64,000 bases of DNA, from contig CBDDBZ010000036.1 of the NCBI GenBank assembly GCA_965225945.1, forward strand, positions 160,001-224,000, written 5' to 3'. Shown here in pieces: positions 54,833 to 64,000 of the stretch (positions are counted from its first letter, which is position 1; each line of letters starts with the position of its first letter). Position numbers and translations under genes: made by a program. Origin of the DNA: Alphaproteobacteria bacterium. Its GTDB lineage: Bacteria > Pseudomonadota > Alphaproteobacteria > GCA-2731375. The notes beneath the pieces were generated by a model. The model did no database searches, was not told the origin of the DNA, and saw nothing but the letters and a program-made list of their open reading frames with translations.

Positions 54833-55911
54833 GTGCCGCCGGCGGCGACATCGTGTTCCGGCGCCTGGGCGCGCTCTCGATCGTCACCCTCGACCGGCCG
54901 CAGGCGCTCAATGCGCTGACGCTCGACATGGCCCGCGCGATCGATGCGCATCTGGTCGCCGTGGCGGCGGACCCGCGGTGCCGCGCGGTACTGATCGAGG
55001 GCGCCGGGAAACGGGCCTTCTGCGCCGGCGGCGACATCCAGCGGATTTACCACGCGGGCCGCGCCGGCGAGACCTACGCCCACGACTTCTTCCGCGCCGA
55101 ATACCGATTGAATGCGCGGATCCACCATTTCACCAAACCCTATATCGCGCTGATGGACGGCATCGTGATGGGGGGGGGCGTCGGCCTGTCGATCCACGGC
55201 GGGCTTCGTGTCGCCACCGAGCGCTTGATGCTGGCGATGCCGGAGACGGGCATCGGCCTGTTTCCCGACGTCGGCGGCGGCTACGTGCTGCCGCGCCTTG
55301 CGGGCCAGACGGGGATGTTCATGGCGCTCACCGGAGCCCGCCTGGGGCAGGGCGATGCCGTGGCGCTGGGCTTCGCCGATGCCGCCGTGGCGAGCGCGCG
55401 GCTGGAGGACCTGAAAGACGCCTTGGCGGGCGACGCGCCCGCCGATCTTCCCGCCGCGCGGGCGATCGTCGCAGGATTCGCCGAGGATCCGGGCGCCGCT
55501 CGCCTCGCCGAGGCGCGGGCGCGGATCGATGCCCACTTTGGCGCGGAGTCGGTGGCGGCGATCATTGCCGCGCTCGAAGCCGACGGCGGCGAATGGGCTT
55601 CGAGGCAACGCGACATCATCGGCGCCAAGTCGCCGACCAGCCTGAAGATCACCCATCGCCAGCTTCGCGCCGGTGCCCGGCTCGACTTCGACGACGTCAT
55701 GGGAATGGAATACCGCATGGCGCACGGCTGCCTCGCCGGCCACGACTTCTACGAGGGCGTTCGCGCGGTGATCATCGACAAGGACCAGACGCCGAAATGG
55801 CTGCCGGCGCGGCTGGACGAGGTGAGCGAGGCCGTCGTCGCCGCGCATTTCGAGCTGGAGCCCCCGGGCGGCGATCTGGTGCTGCCCGGCGAGGGAAGGT
55901 GTGCGAGTTAG
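54829..55911 (+). CDS. 3-hydroxyisobutyryl-CoA hydrolase (enoyl-CoA hydratase family)
   Basis: [34 protein letters not shown] and [12 protein letters not shown] motifs. Confidence 0.92.
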   Translation: MSAAGGDIVFRRLGALSIVTLDRPQALNALTLDMARAIDAHLVAVAADPRCRAVLIEGAGKRAFCAGGDIQRIYHAGRAGETYAHDFFRAEYRLNARIHHFTKPYIALMDGIVMGGGVGLSIHGGLRVATERLMLAMPETGIGLFPDVGGGYVLPRLAGQTGMFMALTGARLGQGDAVALGFADAAVASARLEDLKDALAGDAPADLPAARAIVAGFAEDPGAARLAEARARIDAHFGAESVAAIIAALEADGGEWASRQRDIIGAKSPTSLKITHRQLRAGARLDFDDVMGMEYRMAHGCLAGHDFYEGVRAVIIDKDQTPKWLPARLDEVSEAVVAAHFELEPPGGDLVLPGEGRCAS

Positions 55912-55921
55912 GGAGGGAGCG

Positions 55922-55998
55922 ATGGCCAGATTAGGATTCATCGGCGTCGGCAACATGGGCGGGCCCATGGCTTCAGACGCAACCTCATCGCCTCGCCA
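55922..55998 (+). pseudogene. mmsB: Truncated 3-hydroxyisobutyrate dehydrogenase
   Basis: MARLGFIGVGNMGGPMA, a 5-nt extra tcaga, then RNLIA; cut off at an IS end at 55999. Confidence 0.8.
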
Positions 55999-56600
55999 TG
56001 TATCGCACCCGTCCGACAACGCTCAACAAGAGGTGACGCTAAGCATTTTGAAATGCTGCCAGCGGCAGGTAATGCTCACGGCGTTACGACCTGGTATCTC
56101 ATATGGAAACCGAGGGCGCCATGCCCACTCCTAACGGAAGACGCCGATTGAGATGACTGACGAGACCGCCACCAAGATCTCACCGCATGGGGATTTCCGC
56201 CACGGCGGCGGCAGCGATGGGGCGAGAGCAGGTTGTTCTCGCGCATCACCCGGAGCACCCGCTTGCGGGAAACACGGATGCCACGACAGACCCGAAGCCG
56301 AGCCCAGACCTTGCGGTGTCCCTCGCCCTCCCAGGGGGATGCCTCCAGGTCGGCCTCGATGGCCACCAGCAGAGCCTCGTCCGAGATCGAGGGCTTCGGT
56401 CCCCGGCGCTTTGCTGGTGGGCGCTCAGCGGTGGCCTGCTGCCGGGATTTCATGGCGTAGAACGAGGAACGGGCAAAACCCCAGGCCGCACAGACCCGCT
56501 GGAGGCCGTAGGCCAAACCCGTGCCGGGAGAGGTGGCGGCACTCATCGCCGCGACCTCCGCCGCCCCAAAGGGCCACGTCTCCGTCTTGGCCTCCAGCAG
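55999..56600 (-). mobile_element. Fragmented copy of the IS3-like element
   Basis: TGTATCGCACCCG end at 55999-56011 is identical to 63153-63165. Sequence from 56176 is near-identical to 63728-64000. About 160 bp of unrelated DNA lies between them. Confidence 0.85.
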
Positions 56601-56609
56601 ACCGATGGG

Positions 56610-56825
56610 GCGGGCACGGGCGCCCGAGAAGGTCAGAGTGCATTACGGCGGCGATGCCTCGCTCCTGCTGGACCTGACTCGTAGCGCCTTGATCGTCCAC
56701 TCCCTCGACGAACTCAACGCTGCCCTCGACAATATCAAGTCGACTTATAAGATCGTTCGTATCAAGGACCACACCGCTGAGCCGACCGAAATGGGATATC
56801 AAGGGACATCGCTCTCAATGTGCTC
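56610..56825 (+). pseudogene. Fragment of a RelA/SpoT-like (small alarmone synthetase) domain
   Basis: EKVR.HYGGDAS.L.DL.R..LI..SLDEL..AL..I.....IVRIKD....PT.MGY, then RDIALNV after a 2-nt shift. Confidence 0.65.
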
Positions 56826-56847
56826 TCAGATGTCGAGCGCATACTAA

Positions 56848-57025
56848 GGGTCAGGTCTTGCTTCTTGCATTGGAAGGGGTGTGGCACATGAGGACCCCGG
56901 GCAACTTTATCAGTTCCCGCCCGATAGGCTCGACTGTCGGGAGGATGTACGCCAGTTTCCGAGACGAGACTTCAGAGGCAAATAACAAGACCTGACCCCA
57001 AGACCGTGACCCCAAGACCTGACCA
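56848..57025. repeat. Second REP type: GGGTCAGGTCTTG ... CAAGACCTGACCCC inverted pair with tandem echoes
   Basis: Left arm 56848-56860, right arm 56986-56999, followed by caagaccgtgacccc and caagacctgacc. Confidence 0.75.
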
Positions 57026-57524
57026 CCGTCCCCGACCGCCTACTCCTCGCTCAGGCGGGAGCGGGAAGCCGAGGTTCTGGAGCTGGACTACGATGTCGCA
57101 TAGGGGGAATGGCCGCCATGTCCGGAATTGCCAATCCATGTCTTGTATACCCCCAGGTTTCCCCGTAATATTAGACGGCGCTAAACGGAGATAGTTGACC
57201 CATTTTCTCTGTCGATGCGCTCTTCGACCGATGGGCATCACTTGGAACGGTCATTCTGGATTACCGGCCTTTCGGAGGCTGTCGAGCAGGGAAATTAATG
57301 GCACGACATGCATGCCGATAAAATGGTCGCGAACGAAGGCAACCAAAAGACGCGGCTGCATCTCCAGGGCCTTTTCGCGCGCGGTTGGCTATCAACTGAT
57401 TTGCCTCGCGCGAGTGGTCACCCAACCAAGTTGTATCTCGCGAGCCGTCGGCGATTGATTCGATTGCCTCGCGAACTCCCAATACGGTTACCCATTGCCG
57501 TTTTCTGTCTTCCAACTCCCAATG

Positions 57525-57605
57525 ACCGTGGGGAGCAAGTTCTTTCGCCTCGATTAGGATCTGGCACGCTGCCACGGCGTGCTCGATAGTCCCTTCGAAA
57601 TCCAC
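57525..57605 (-). pseudogene. Possible DUF3102-like fragment
   Basis: IEHAVAACQILIEAKELAPHGHW resembles the A...G..L.EAK...HG.W pattern; similarity then stops. Confidence 0.4.
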
Positions 57606-57663
57606 GGACAGCAGCTTCGTGTTCGTGATGGAACGCGCTGCGCCTGCTGCACCGCCAGAAGGG

Positions 57664-58455
57664 TTAAGATCGGCGCGCGAAGTGCCGCTTCAGTTTTTGG
57701 TAGTAGAAGGCCGGGTAGGAGAGGCACATCGTTACCAGGACGTACTCGGTGAAGACATAGACCCACTGGCGCTGCATCCGGCCGCCGAAGGTGTCCATGC
57801 CCTTGGTCAAGAACATGAAGCAATAGAACGCCGAGCCGAGGAGTATCAGGATGGCAAAGATCGTCTTGTCGTCGAGCCCGCGCCACCCTGGCCGCTTGCC
57901 CGCCGCCCCGGCCCGCGACAGCAAGACCTCCAGGCTGGCGTCCGCGATGAAGGCGAGCGGCAGGGCGATGAAGAGGACGATCGAGAACGCCATGTGGCTC
58001 TCATTGCTGACCTTGAGCGTCACGATCGCCAGCAGCGTCAGGCTCAGACAGATGACGACGCCGCCGAAGAGCCAGATATTGTTGAGCCCGCGACAAAGGC
58101 CGGCAGGGCGAAGGCGCGCGGCATCGGCGGCGGCGATTCGATCACGGTTCAGGCGCCAGACCAGCCACCAGGCGGTGAGGGCGCAAATCGCGACGATTGT
58201 CATGCCGGGCGCGAAGAGATAGCTCGCGGGCTCAAGGGCGCTGGTCTTGGAGATCGTCGGCACGCGGGTGGCGACGTAGTCCGGGTAATAGGCCGCGAAT
58301 ATGTAGCGGGTCGCCATGATGACCGGCACGCCGACAAGACTGACCAGTCGGCTGGAGACGACCAGGCGTTCGGGCGCAAGAAGGCGCGGTAACGATGAGA
58401 GCACTGAGTTCGAGCCTCCGGCAGTGTGCGCGGCGGCGCGCATCCTAGCCGACAT
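57664..58455 (-). CDS. Six-TM membrane protein, Frag1/DRAM/Sfk1-like
   Basis: Six hydrophobic segments, PTISKT...P..Y.F after TM1, H in TM4, Q...EY in TM6. Start is uncertain. Confidence 0.55.
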   Translation of the reverse strand: MSARMRAAAHTAGGSNSVLSSLPRLLAPERLVVSSRLVSLVGVPVIMATRYIFAAYYPDYVATRVPTISKTSALEPASYLFAPGMTIVAICALTAWWLVWRLNRDRIAAADAARLRPAGLCRGLNNIWLFGGVVICLSLTLLAIVTLKVSNESHMAFSIVLFIALPLAFIADASLEVLLSRAGAAGKRPGWRGLDDKTIFAILILLGSAFYCFMFLTKGMDTFGGRMQRQWVYVFTEYVLVTMCLSYPAFYYQKLKRHFARRS

Positions 58456-58474
58456 TCCCCAATAGAACGTCGGT

Positions 58475-58862
58475 TGTCAACGGCGGAGAAAAAGGGGCTA
58501 TTCGGCGGTTTTATAGAGCGCCACCATCGCTCTGGCAGCTTGTCCACGTAGTCCACGGCAGGGACCTGTGGGCCCACGTGGTCAAGCGTTGGGGCGTGGT
58601 CTGTCCGCTTTAGCTTTCTTGGAGGCGCGAGCCTGCTTGAGGCGGTAGCTCTCGCCGTTGCATTCGAGAATGTGGACGTGGTGCGTGAGCCGGTCCAGGA
58701 GCGCGCCGGTGAGCCGCTCGGAGCCGAAGACCTCGGTCCATTCATCGAACGGCAGGTTCGAGGTAACCAGGATCGAGCCCCGCTCGCATCTTTGAGAGAA
58801 GATCTCGAAGAGGAGTTCGGCGCCGGTCTTGGAGAGCGGCACGAAGCCGAGTTCGTCGACGC
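58475..58862 (-). mobile_element. istB: IS21-family remnant: istB 3' half plus right end
   Basis: VDELGFVPLSKTGAELLF..TSNLPF.EW..ALLDRLTHH..GESYRL; end TGTCAACGGCGGAGAAAAAGGGGC at 58475. Confidence 0.85.
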
Positions 58863-59041
58863 GGAGGATGGACCGTGGCGCCGGTGGCGCCGCGTAAGCC
58901 ATCCGACAAGAGGCGGTATTTCGCTTGTTGTTAGCGGTGGTTCCAGGGTGCGCTTATATGGTGCTCTTTTTGAGCGGTCGGTGGCGGTTGGCTGACGGGA
59001 TGCTTTTGGGCTTGGCTGATTTTGTTTCGCGCTGTGGCTAT

Positions 59042-59933
59042 TCAGTCGAGGGGCCGGTCATCGATCTGGAGCGGTTCGCCGGCGCGGTCGCGCATGAGCA
59101 TGTCGTTCCAGTCCAGGGCGTCGAGGGCAGGGCGCAGGCGGACGACCCTGCTGTCGTTTCGGATGAGCCGTGCCGCGGCGTCATCGCCCTGGCGGGTGGC
59201 GTCGTAGGCGCAGAAGATCCGGCCGGGGTTCCAGGCCTCGATCCATTCGGGGAGGCTTGCGGTGGCGCCGCCGGTTGAGACCACGGCGCATCCCTTGCGC
59301 CCGGCCGGGACGAGGTGGAGGGAGAGGACCGACAGGGCGTCGATTGCGTTCTTGGCGAGGATGACGGAGTTCGGCCAGTCGGGTTCCCACGACATCCAGA
59401 AGCCGCCGCGCGCGGCGGCGCCGGTCGGCGCGAGGCGGCGTGGCGCCGCGGCCGGCGAGGCTCTCGGCGCCGAGAGCCTCGCCGGCCGCGTTTCGGCGGA
59501 CGAACACGGCGTTGCCGTGGCGGTCGGCGTAGAGCAAGCCGAGGTCGCGGCACAGGGCGACGAGCACATCCGCGAGGCCGCGCTGCTCGACGAGGTAGCT
59601 CTGGATGGCGGGCCAGTGGCGGTCCGGGCACGGCGGCTTCGGGTGGCGATCGGCCGGGAACCGGTCACGGCACGGCAGTTCCGAGAAGAAGCCGAGGGCC
59701 TCGGGCACGGTGCACCGGCAGGCATGGATTACCAGGTCGATCGCTCCGCCCCCGCCGCGCAGATGTTCGTAGAACATAAAGCCGTTGATGCTGACGACGG
59801 ATCCGGGACGCCTCCAGCGCGCGGCATCGGTGGGATCGCGGCGGTAGCCGAGGCGGCGGACGACGTCTTCGAGGGGATAGCCTCGCAGGGCCTCGGCCCG
59901 CACCCGCCGGTCCCAGAGGCGGGGACCATCCAT
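59042..59933 (-). pseudogene. DUF3991/Toprim (primase-like) protein, frameshifted
   Basis: N-terminal L..LGY..D...W...F.E...GGGAIDLV.H and YL...RGL...LYAD..GNAVF. C-terminal ..AIDALS, VSTGG, I.CAYDA...GD.AA and DWND.L. Spread over ORFs 59181-59933 and 59042-59725. Confidence 0.78.
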
Positions 59934-59935
59934 GG

Positions 59936-60724
59936 CTACGCCGGCGGCGGTTCCCCGCGGTCCTGCGCGCCGGCCTTGCCGGCTCGCCGCCGGCGGCGCT
60001 CGGCGCTGCGCTGCTTCTGGCGTTCCTCGGCCTCCTTGCGGCGCCAGGACTCGGCGTCGATGGCGATGATCTCGGCGTTGTGGACGAGGCGGTCGACCAG
60101 GGCGACGAGGCAGGCGGCGTTGGGGAAGGCCTCACCCCACTCGGCGAAGGGCCGGTTGGTGGTGATTATGGTGGAGTTCTGCTGGCTGCGGCTGGAGACG
60201 ATGTTGAACAGCAGATCGGCATGGCGGTTGCTGTAGGACAGGTATCCGACCTCGTCGATCACCAGCAGGTGCTGGCGGGCGTAGAAGCGCAGCCTGCGCT
60301 GAAGCAGGGTGTCGCTGTCGAGGGCGGCGAGCTCGCCGAGCATGCTGGCCGCGGTGGCGAAGCGCACGGTGTGGCCCTCGAGGACGGCGCGGTGGGCGAT
60401 ATTGGCGGCGATGGTCGACTTGCCGACGCCGTTTGGGCCGACCAGGACGACGTTGGCGGCCTCGTTGAGGAACTCGAGGCTCATGAGATCCTCGACGGCC
60501 ATGCGGTCGCAGCGGCGCGGCCATGCCCAGTCGAAGTCGGCGAGCGGCTTGAACTGTCCGAGGCGGGCGTCGCCGAGGCGGCGCTTGAGGCTGCGGCTTC
60601 GCCGTTCCTCCTCTTCCCAGGCGACCAGCGCAGCGGGCCAGTCATGCCCGGCGACCTCGCCCCAGTGGGCGGCGAGGCCGTGCAGGCCGAGCGCCCGGGC
60701 ACGGCCCATGAGGGTATCGTTCAT
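59936..60724 (-). CDS. istB: IS21 helper ATPase IstB
   Basis: [26 protein letters not shown] and LVDRL.H motifs; ATGA overlap with istA. Confidence 0.95.
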   Translation of the reverse strand: MNDTLMGRARALGLHGLAAHWGEVAGHDWPAALVAWEEEERRSRSLKRRLGDARLGQFKPLADFDWAWPRRCDRMAVEDLMSLEFLNEAANVVLVGPNGVGKSTIAANIAHRAVLEGHTVRFATAASMLGELAALDSDTLLQRRLRFYARQHLLVIDEVGYLSYSNRHADLLFNIVSSRSQQNSTIITTNRPFAEWGEAFPNAACLVALVDRLVHNAEIIAIDAESWRRKEAEERQKQRSAERRRRRAGKAGAQDRGEPPPA

Positions 60725-62226
60725 TGCTCGCTGTCCTCCTCGGGTTCGCCGGCCAGCCCGTCGTATCCGACGAGGTCGTGATCGCGGACAGTGATGTCGC
60801 GCACTCTCGGATCGCCGGGCAGTTCGACGGGGATGGGCGGGGGTTGGTGCCGCAGCTCGCGCCGCCGGGTCAGGCTCAGGCGCACGGCGTTGGGATGGGG
60901 AACGTCCCGCTTCAGGGCCTCGTCGATGGCCGCCTCGAGCTCGGCGGCGCCGTAGGCGTCGAGGAGGCGCAACAGGGCGGCGACGGTGGCGCCTATATAG
61001 CCGCCGCGCTGGGCGGCCTCGGCGAGCAGGCGCTCGCTGTTGGGCGCGGCCTGGACCAGCCGGTCCTGGCCGCGAAGGCGGCGGGCATGGCTCTTGCGCC
61101 TGACCAGCTCGGCGATGTGCTCGGGGTTCTCGATGCGGGCCGCCTTGTCGAAGCTGCGCGGATGGCTGGCGATGACGTCCACACCGTCGAGGATGCGCAC
61201 CTCGTCGAGCGTCGCGACCACGACGAGGGTGCGCCGCACATGGGTGTGCGGCACGCTGTAATCGTTGAGATCGAAGCGGGCGTAGGGGGTCTTGCCGATG
61301 GCGACCTCGACCCGGTCGTGGTCGGGGAAGGGATCGCCGGGCAGCGCGATGAGAGAGCCGCGTTCCCGCTCGAAGGCCTCGCGCACGGTGATCGAGCGGT
61401 CTTCGGGCCAGGGGCGGTCGGCGGCGATGCCGTGGCACCAGGCCAGGGCCTGGGCGTTGAGATCGTCGATATCGCGCCACCGGCGGGCGGCGAAGAAGCT
61501 GGTCCGGACATAGCGAATCGCCCGCTCCACGCGCCCCTTCTCGTTGCCGCGCGCGACCGCGACGGGCTTGGGCAGGAAGTGGTAGTGGCCGGCGAGGTCG
61601 AGGATCCGGGGATTGAACCGGATGGCGGCGCCGCGGCGCTCCAGCACGACGCTCTTCAGGTTGTCGTACCAGAGCTCGCGGGGCACGCCCTGCCACGCCT
61701 CGAAGGCTTCGACATGGCCGCGCAGGAAGTTGCTCATCCCGGCGTCGAGGTAGAAGCGCAGGAAGATCCGCCGCGAGTAGCTGAGAACCATCACGAAGCC
61801 CATCAGGCGGCGCTCCGCGCGGCCGATCGTCACCTTGCCGAAGTGTCCCCAGTCGACCTGGGCCTGCTCGCCGGGAAGGGTCTTGAGGCGCAGATAGGCC
61901 TCGGCCACGGGCCTGGGCCTGAAGTGGCTGAGCAGATGACGGAAGTGGTCGCCGCCGCCCGGATAGCCGCGTTCGCGCACCATCTGGTAGAGCCGGCTGG
62001 CGGGCAGCGTCGGCCAGGATGCCAGCGTCTCGGCGATGAACGGCACGTATGGATCGATCATCGACGGCCTGGGCGACCTCGCGTCCCGGGGCTCGCCGGC
62101 CGCGGTGAGGAGGCGCTCGACGGTGTAGCGATGCACGCCGAGCTGGCGTGTGATCGTGCCGACCGTCCACTTCTCGACGTGATACAGGCGAAGGATCTCC
62201 GCGCGGGTCTCCTTGTCGATGGTCAT
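60721..62226 (-). CDS. istA: IS21 transposase IstA
   Basis: N-terminal [29 protein letters not shown] and NDYSVP motifs. Confidence 0.96.
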   Translation of the reverse strand: MTIDKETRAEILRLYHVEKWTVGTITRQLGVHRYTVERLLTAAGEPRDARSPRPSMIDPYVPFIAETLASWPTLPASRLYQMVRERGYPGGGDHFRHLLSHFRPRPVAEAYLRLKTLPGEQAQVDWGHFGKVTIGRAERRLMGFVMVLSYSRRIFLRFYLDAGMSNFLRGHVEAFEAWQGVPRELWYDNLKSVVLERRGAAIRFNPRILDLAGHYHFLPKPVAVARGNEKGRVERAIRYVRTSFFAARRWRDIDDLNAQALAWCHGIAADRPWPEDRSITVREAFERERGSLIALPGDPFPDHDRVEVAIGKTPYARFDLNDYSVPHTHVRRTLVVVATLDEVRILDGVDVIASHPRSFDKAARIENPEHIAELVRRKSHARRLRGQDRLVQAAPNSERLLAEAAQRGGYIGATVAALLRLLDAYGAAELEAAIDEALKRDVPHPNAVRLSLTRRRELRHQPPPIPVELPGDPRVRDITVRDHDLVGYDGLAGEPEEDSEQ

Positions 62227-62663
62227 CTCACCCCCTTTCCCGTCGGGCGCAGCCCCGGATAGACCGCCTGCCCGCAGAACCGGCCGCAGCGATCGCAGCG
62301 GAAGACCCTGGCGGGCCGCTCGTGCCCGAAGGGCCGTGTTCCGGGACGCCCTGCCGGCGTCCGCACCACAACAGGACGCCGCCGCGCGGCGGTCAAAGGG
62401 TGATGCGTCACTTCCTGCCCGCGGCGCCGATTCACCGGCGTCCGGCGCCGCCGGCGTTCGCGATAGCGCCGCTGGCGCTCAGCATGCTTGTGACGGCCCC
62501 GCCGGCTGTTCTGGTAGCGCTGCCCGGCATGGCGCTGCGATCGCCGGCGCACCCGATCGCTGCAGCTCCGTGAACAGTAGATGTTGCCGTGGTCGCAGTG
62601 CCGGCAGAGAACCACCTGTTGATGGCACGAGGCGCAGTTGAACAGGCGGGCGGTGTTCTTCAT
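62223..62663 (-). CDS. Cys- and Arg-rich hypothetical protein translationally coupled to istA
   Basis: CxxC-x5-CxxC-x6-CxxxC, basic helix [12 protein letters not shown] and a C-terminal CDRCG; ATGA overlap with the istA start. Confidence 0.8.
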   Translation of the reverse strand: MKNTARLFNCASCHQQVVLCRHCDHGNIYCSRSCSDRVRRRSQRHAGQRYQNSRRGRHKHAERQRRYRERRRRRTPVNRRRGQEVTHHPLTAARRRPVVVRTPAGRPGTRPFGHERPARVFRCDRCGRFCGQAVYPGLRPTGKGVR

Positions 62664-62893
62664 CGCGCAGCCGATGAGAACGGGCTGGACCCACGCCCAA
62701 ACCCGCACGATACTGCGCATATGGGTCGTGCCTTGCATGGCTTGGGGGGTGCGGTGCCGGTCGTTGCCAGCAAGCAAACGGGGCCGGCGCCGCATCGTTC
62801 TCAGCGGCCCGAGTGTACTCCCGCGGCTCCCCTTGTCAGGTCCGCGGAACCGCCGCCGCCAGCCAGCCAAAACAGGAATCGAGACGCCCGCCC

Positions 62894-62961
62894 GCGGTGG
62901 ATAAGCAGCCCGCCGCCGCCAGACTCTTGGCGGTCGCTGCGGCGAGCTACTTACCCACCGC
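62894..62961. other. Long imperfect hairpin in the leader of the IS21 element
   Basis: gcggtggataagcagcccgccgc pairs with gcggcgagctacttacccaccgc; inner stem cgcca/tggcg. Confidence 0.6.
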
Positions 62962-63090
62962 TGCGCCGAGCCAACTCCCGCCTGCAAACCACGCAGCTAC
63001 AGCGCCACGATGCCCGATGTCGCTGAAATCACCATCTAAGCGCGGTTTTTCATCGCCACCGACAGCTAGTGTACCGACTCTAACGCCTGT

Positions 63091-63152
63091 TGTGGAACGG
63101 CGTGCAAAGTTGACCCCTGTTGAGGGGTGATCGGCGTCCAAATTTGACCCCC
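63091..63152. mobile_element. End of another IS21-type element, interrupted by the IS3-like insertion
   Basis: TG start and a repeated GGCGT.CAAA.TTGACCCC motif, typical of IS21 multiple terminal repeats. Confidence 0.65.
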
Positions 63153-64000
63153 TGTATCGCACCCGGTTCCTTGGGCACAAGTTTGTCTCATGCGGCGGGC
63201 CTGAGTGACATCGCGGTGTGCCACGCCTGACGAGCTTGAGCGGGGCTCAGGTAGCCGTTCTTCTCCACGATCCACTGGGCATTGTACTGTTCGACGAACC
63301 CGCGGACGGCGTTCCGCAGCTCCGCGATGTTGCGGTAGATGCGGCCATGGATGATCTGTTCCTTGAGCGTGCGATTGAACCTCTCGGCGACGCCGTTGGT
63401 CTGGGGCTGTTCGACGAAGGCGTAGGACGGCTGGATGCCCCAGAACTTGATCTGGTTGGTGAAGTGGTCCGACAGATACTGGGAGCCGTGATCCATCCGC
63501 AAGGCCAGCCCCCGCGCCGCACCGGCGGAGGTCGAGGCATACAGCCTCGCAAGCCCCATGGAGATCGGCTGAAGGGCGGCGAAGCGGTCGCCTCGCTTGC
63601 ACACATGCCAGCCGACGCACTCGGCGTTCCAATGCTCGATGGCGGTGAATATCCAGCCCCAGCCGTCGTCCACCGTGAACACCCGAACGCCGTCCGTGCC
63701 CCACATGAGGTTGGGGGCATGGGTGATGATCTCACCGACATGGGGATTTCCGCCACGGCGGCGGCAGCGATGGGGCGAGAGCAGGTTGTTCTCGCGCATC
63801 ACCCGGAGCACCCGCTTGCGGGAAACACGGATGCCACGACAGACCCGAAGCCGAGCCCAGACCTTGCGGTGTCCCTCGCCCTCCCAGGGGGATGCCTCCA
63901 GGTCGGCCTCGATGGCCACCAGCAGAGCCTCGTCCGAGATCGAGGGCTTCGGTCCCCGGCGCTTTGCTGGTGGGCGCTCAGCGGTGGCCTGCTGCCGGGA
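63153..64000 (-). mobile_element. IS3-like insertion sequence (right end plus transposase, stop codon at 63188; runs off the window)
   Basis: G.RKV...LR...VSRKRV.R.MRE, W.TD, DHGSQY and NGVAERFNRTLKE (DDE); TG end at 63153. Confidence 0.9.

Larger units (their letters stand above)
58929..63064 (-). mobile_element. Four-gene IS21-family element (Cys-rich ORF, istA, istB, Toprim-like), 4136 bp
   Basis: Ends TGTTAGCGGTGGTTCCAGGGTGCGCTTATATGGTG and (reverse complement) TGTCGGTGGCGATGAAAAACCGCGCTTAGATGGTG align without gaps; flanks GCTTGT/GCTAGT. Confidence 0.8.

Overview
GC-rich alphaproteobacterial chromosome segment with Rhodospirillales-like synteny. The core backbone is uppS-cdsA-dxr-rseP-bamA-skp-fabZ, gltA-gltX, comEC, lexA-moeA-moaC-trpC-trpD, ppiD, tpiA-secG-pyrG-eno, nrdJ, plsC-ydcF-ftsXE, hpt, a cpdR-like regulator, csaA, tRNA-Thr, hemB and valine-catabolism genes. 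Accessory content is a TRAP/RidA/larBEC block, an AT-rich nuclease islet, three families of non-autonomous IS derivatives, a decayed RAYT/REP nest and a terminal pile-up of IS remnants. Main highlights: (1) a bounded 4.1-kb IS21-family element (58929-63064, TG ends, near-perfect 6-bp target duplication) that carries a Cys-rich gene before istA and a Toprim/primase-like gene after istB; (2) lpxD, lpxA, lpxI, lpxB and kdsA are all missing from their usual slots at two separate loci, suggesting loss of LPS; (3) decayed genes broken by short patches that match other sequence in the window exactly; (4) a 12-bp-phased DnaA-box array plus a LexA box upstream of nrdJ. All family assignments come from motif recognition by eye; no database searches were run.
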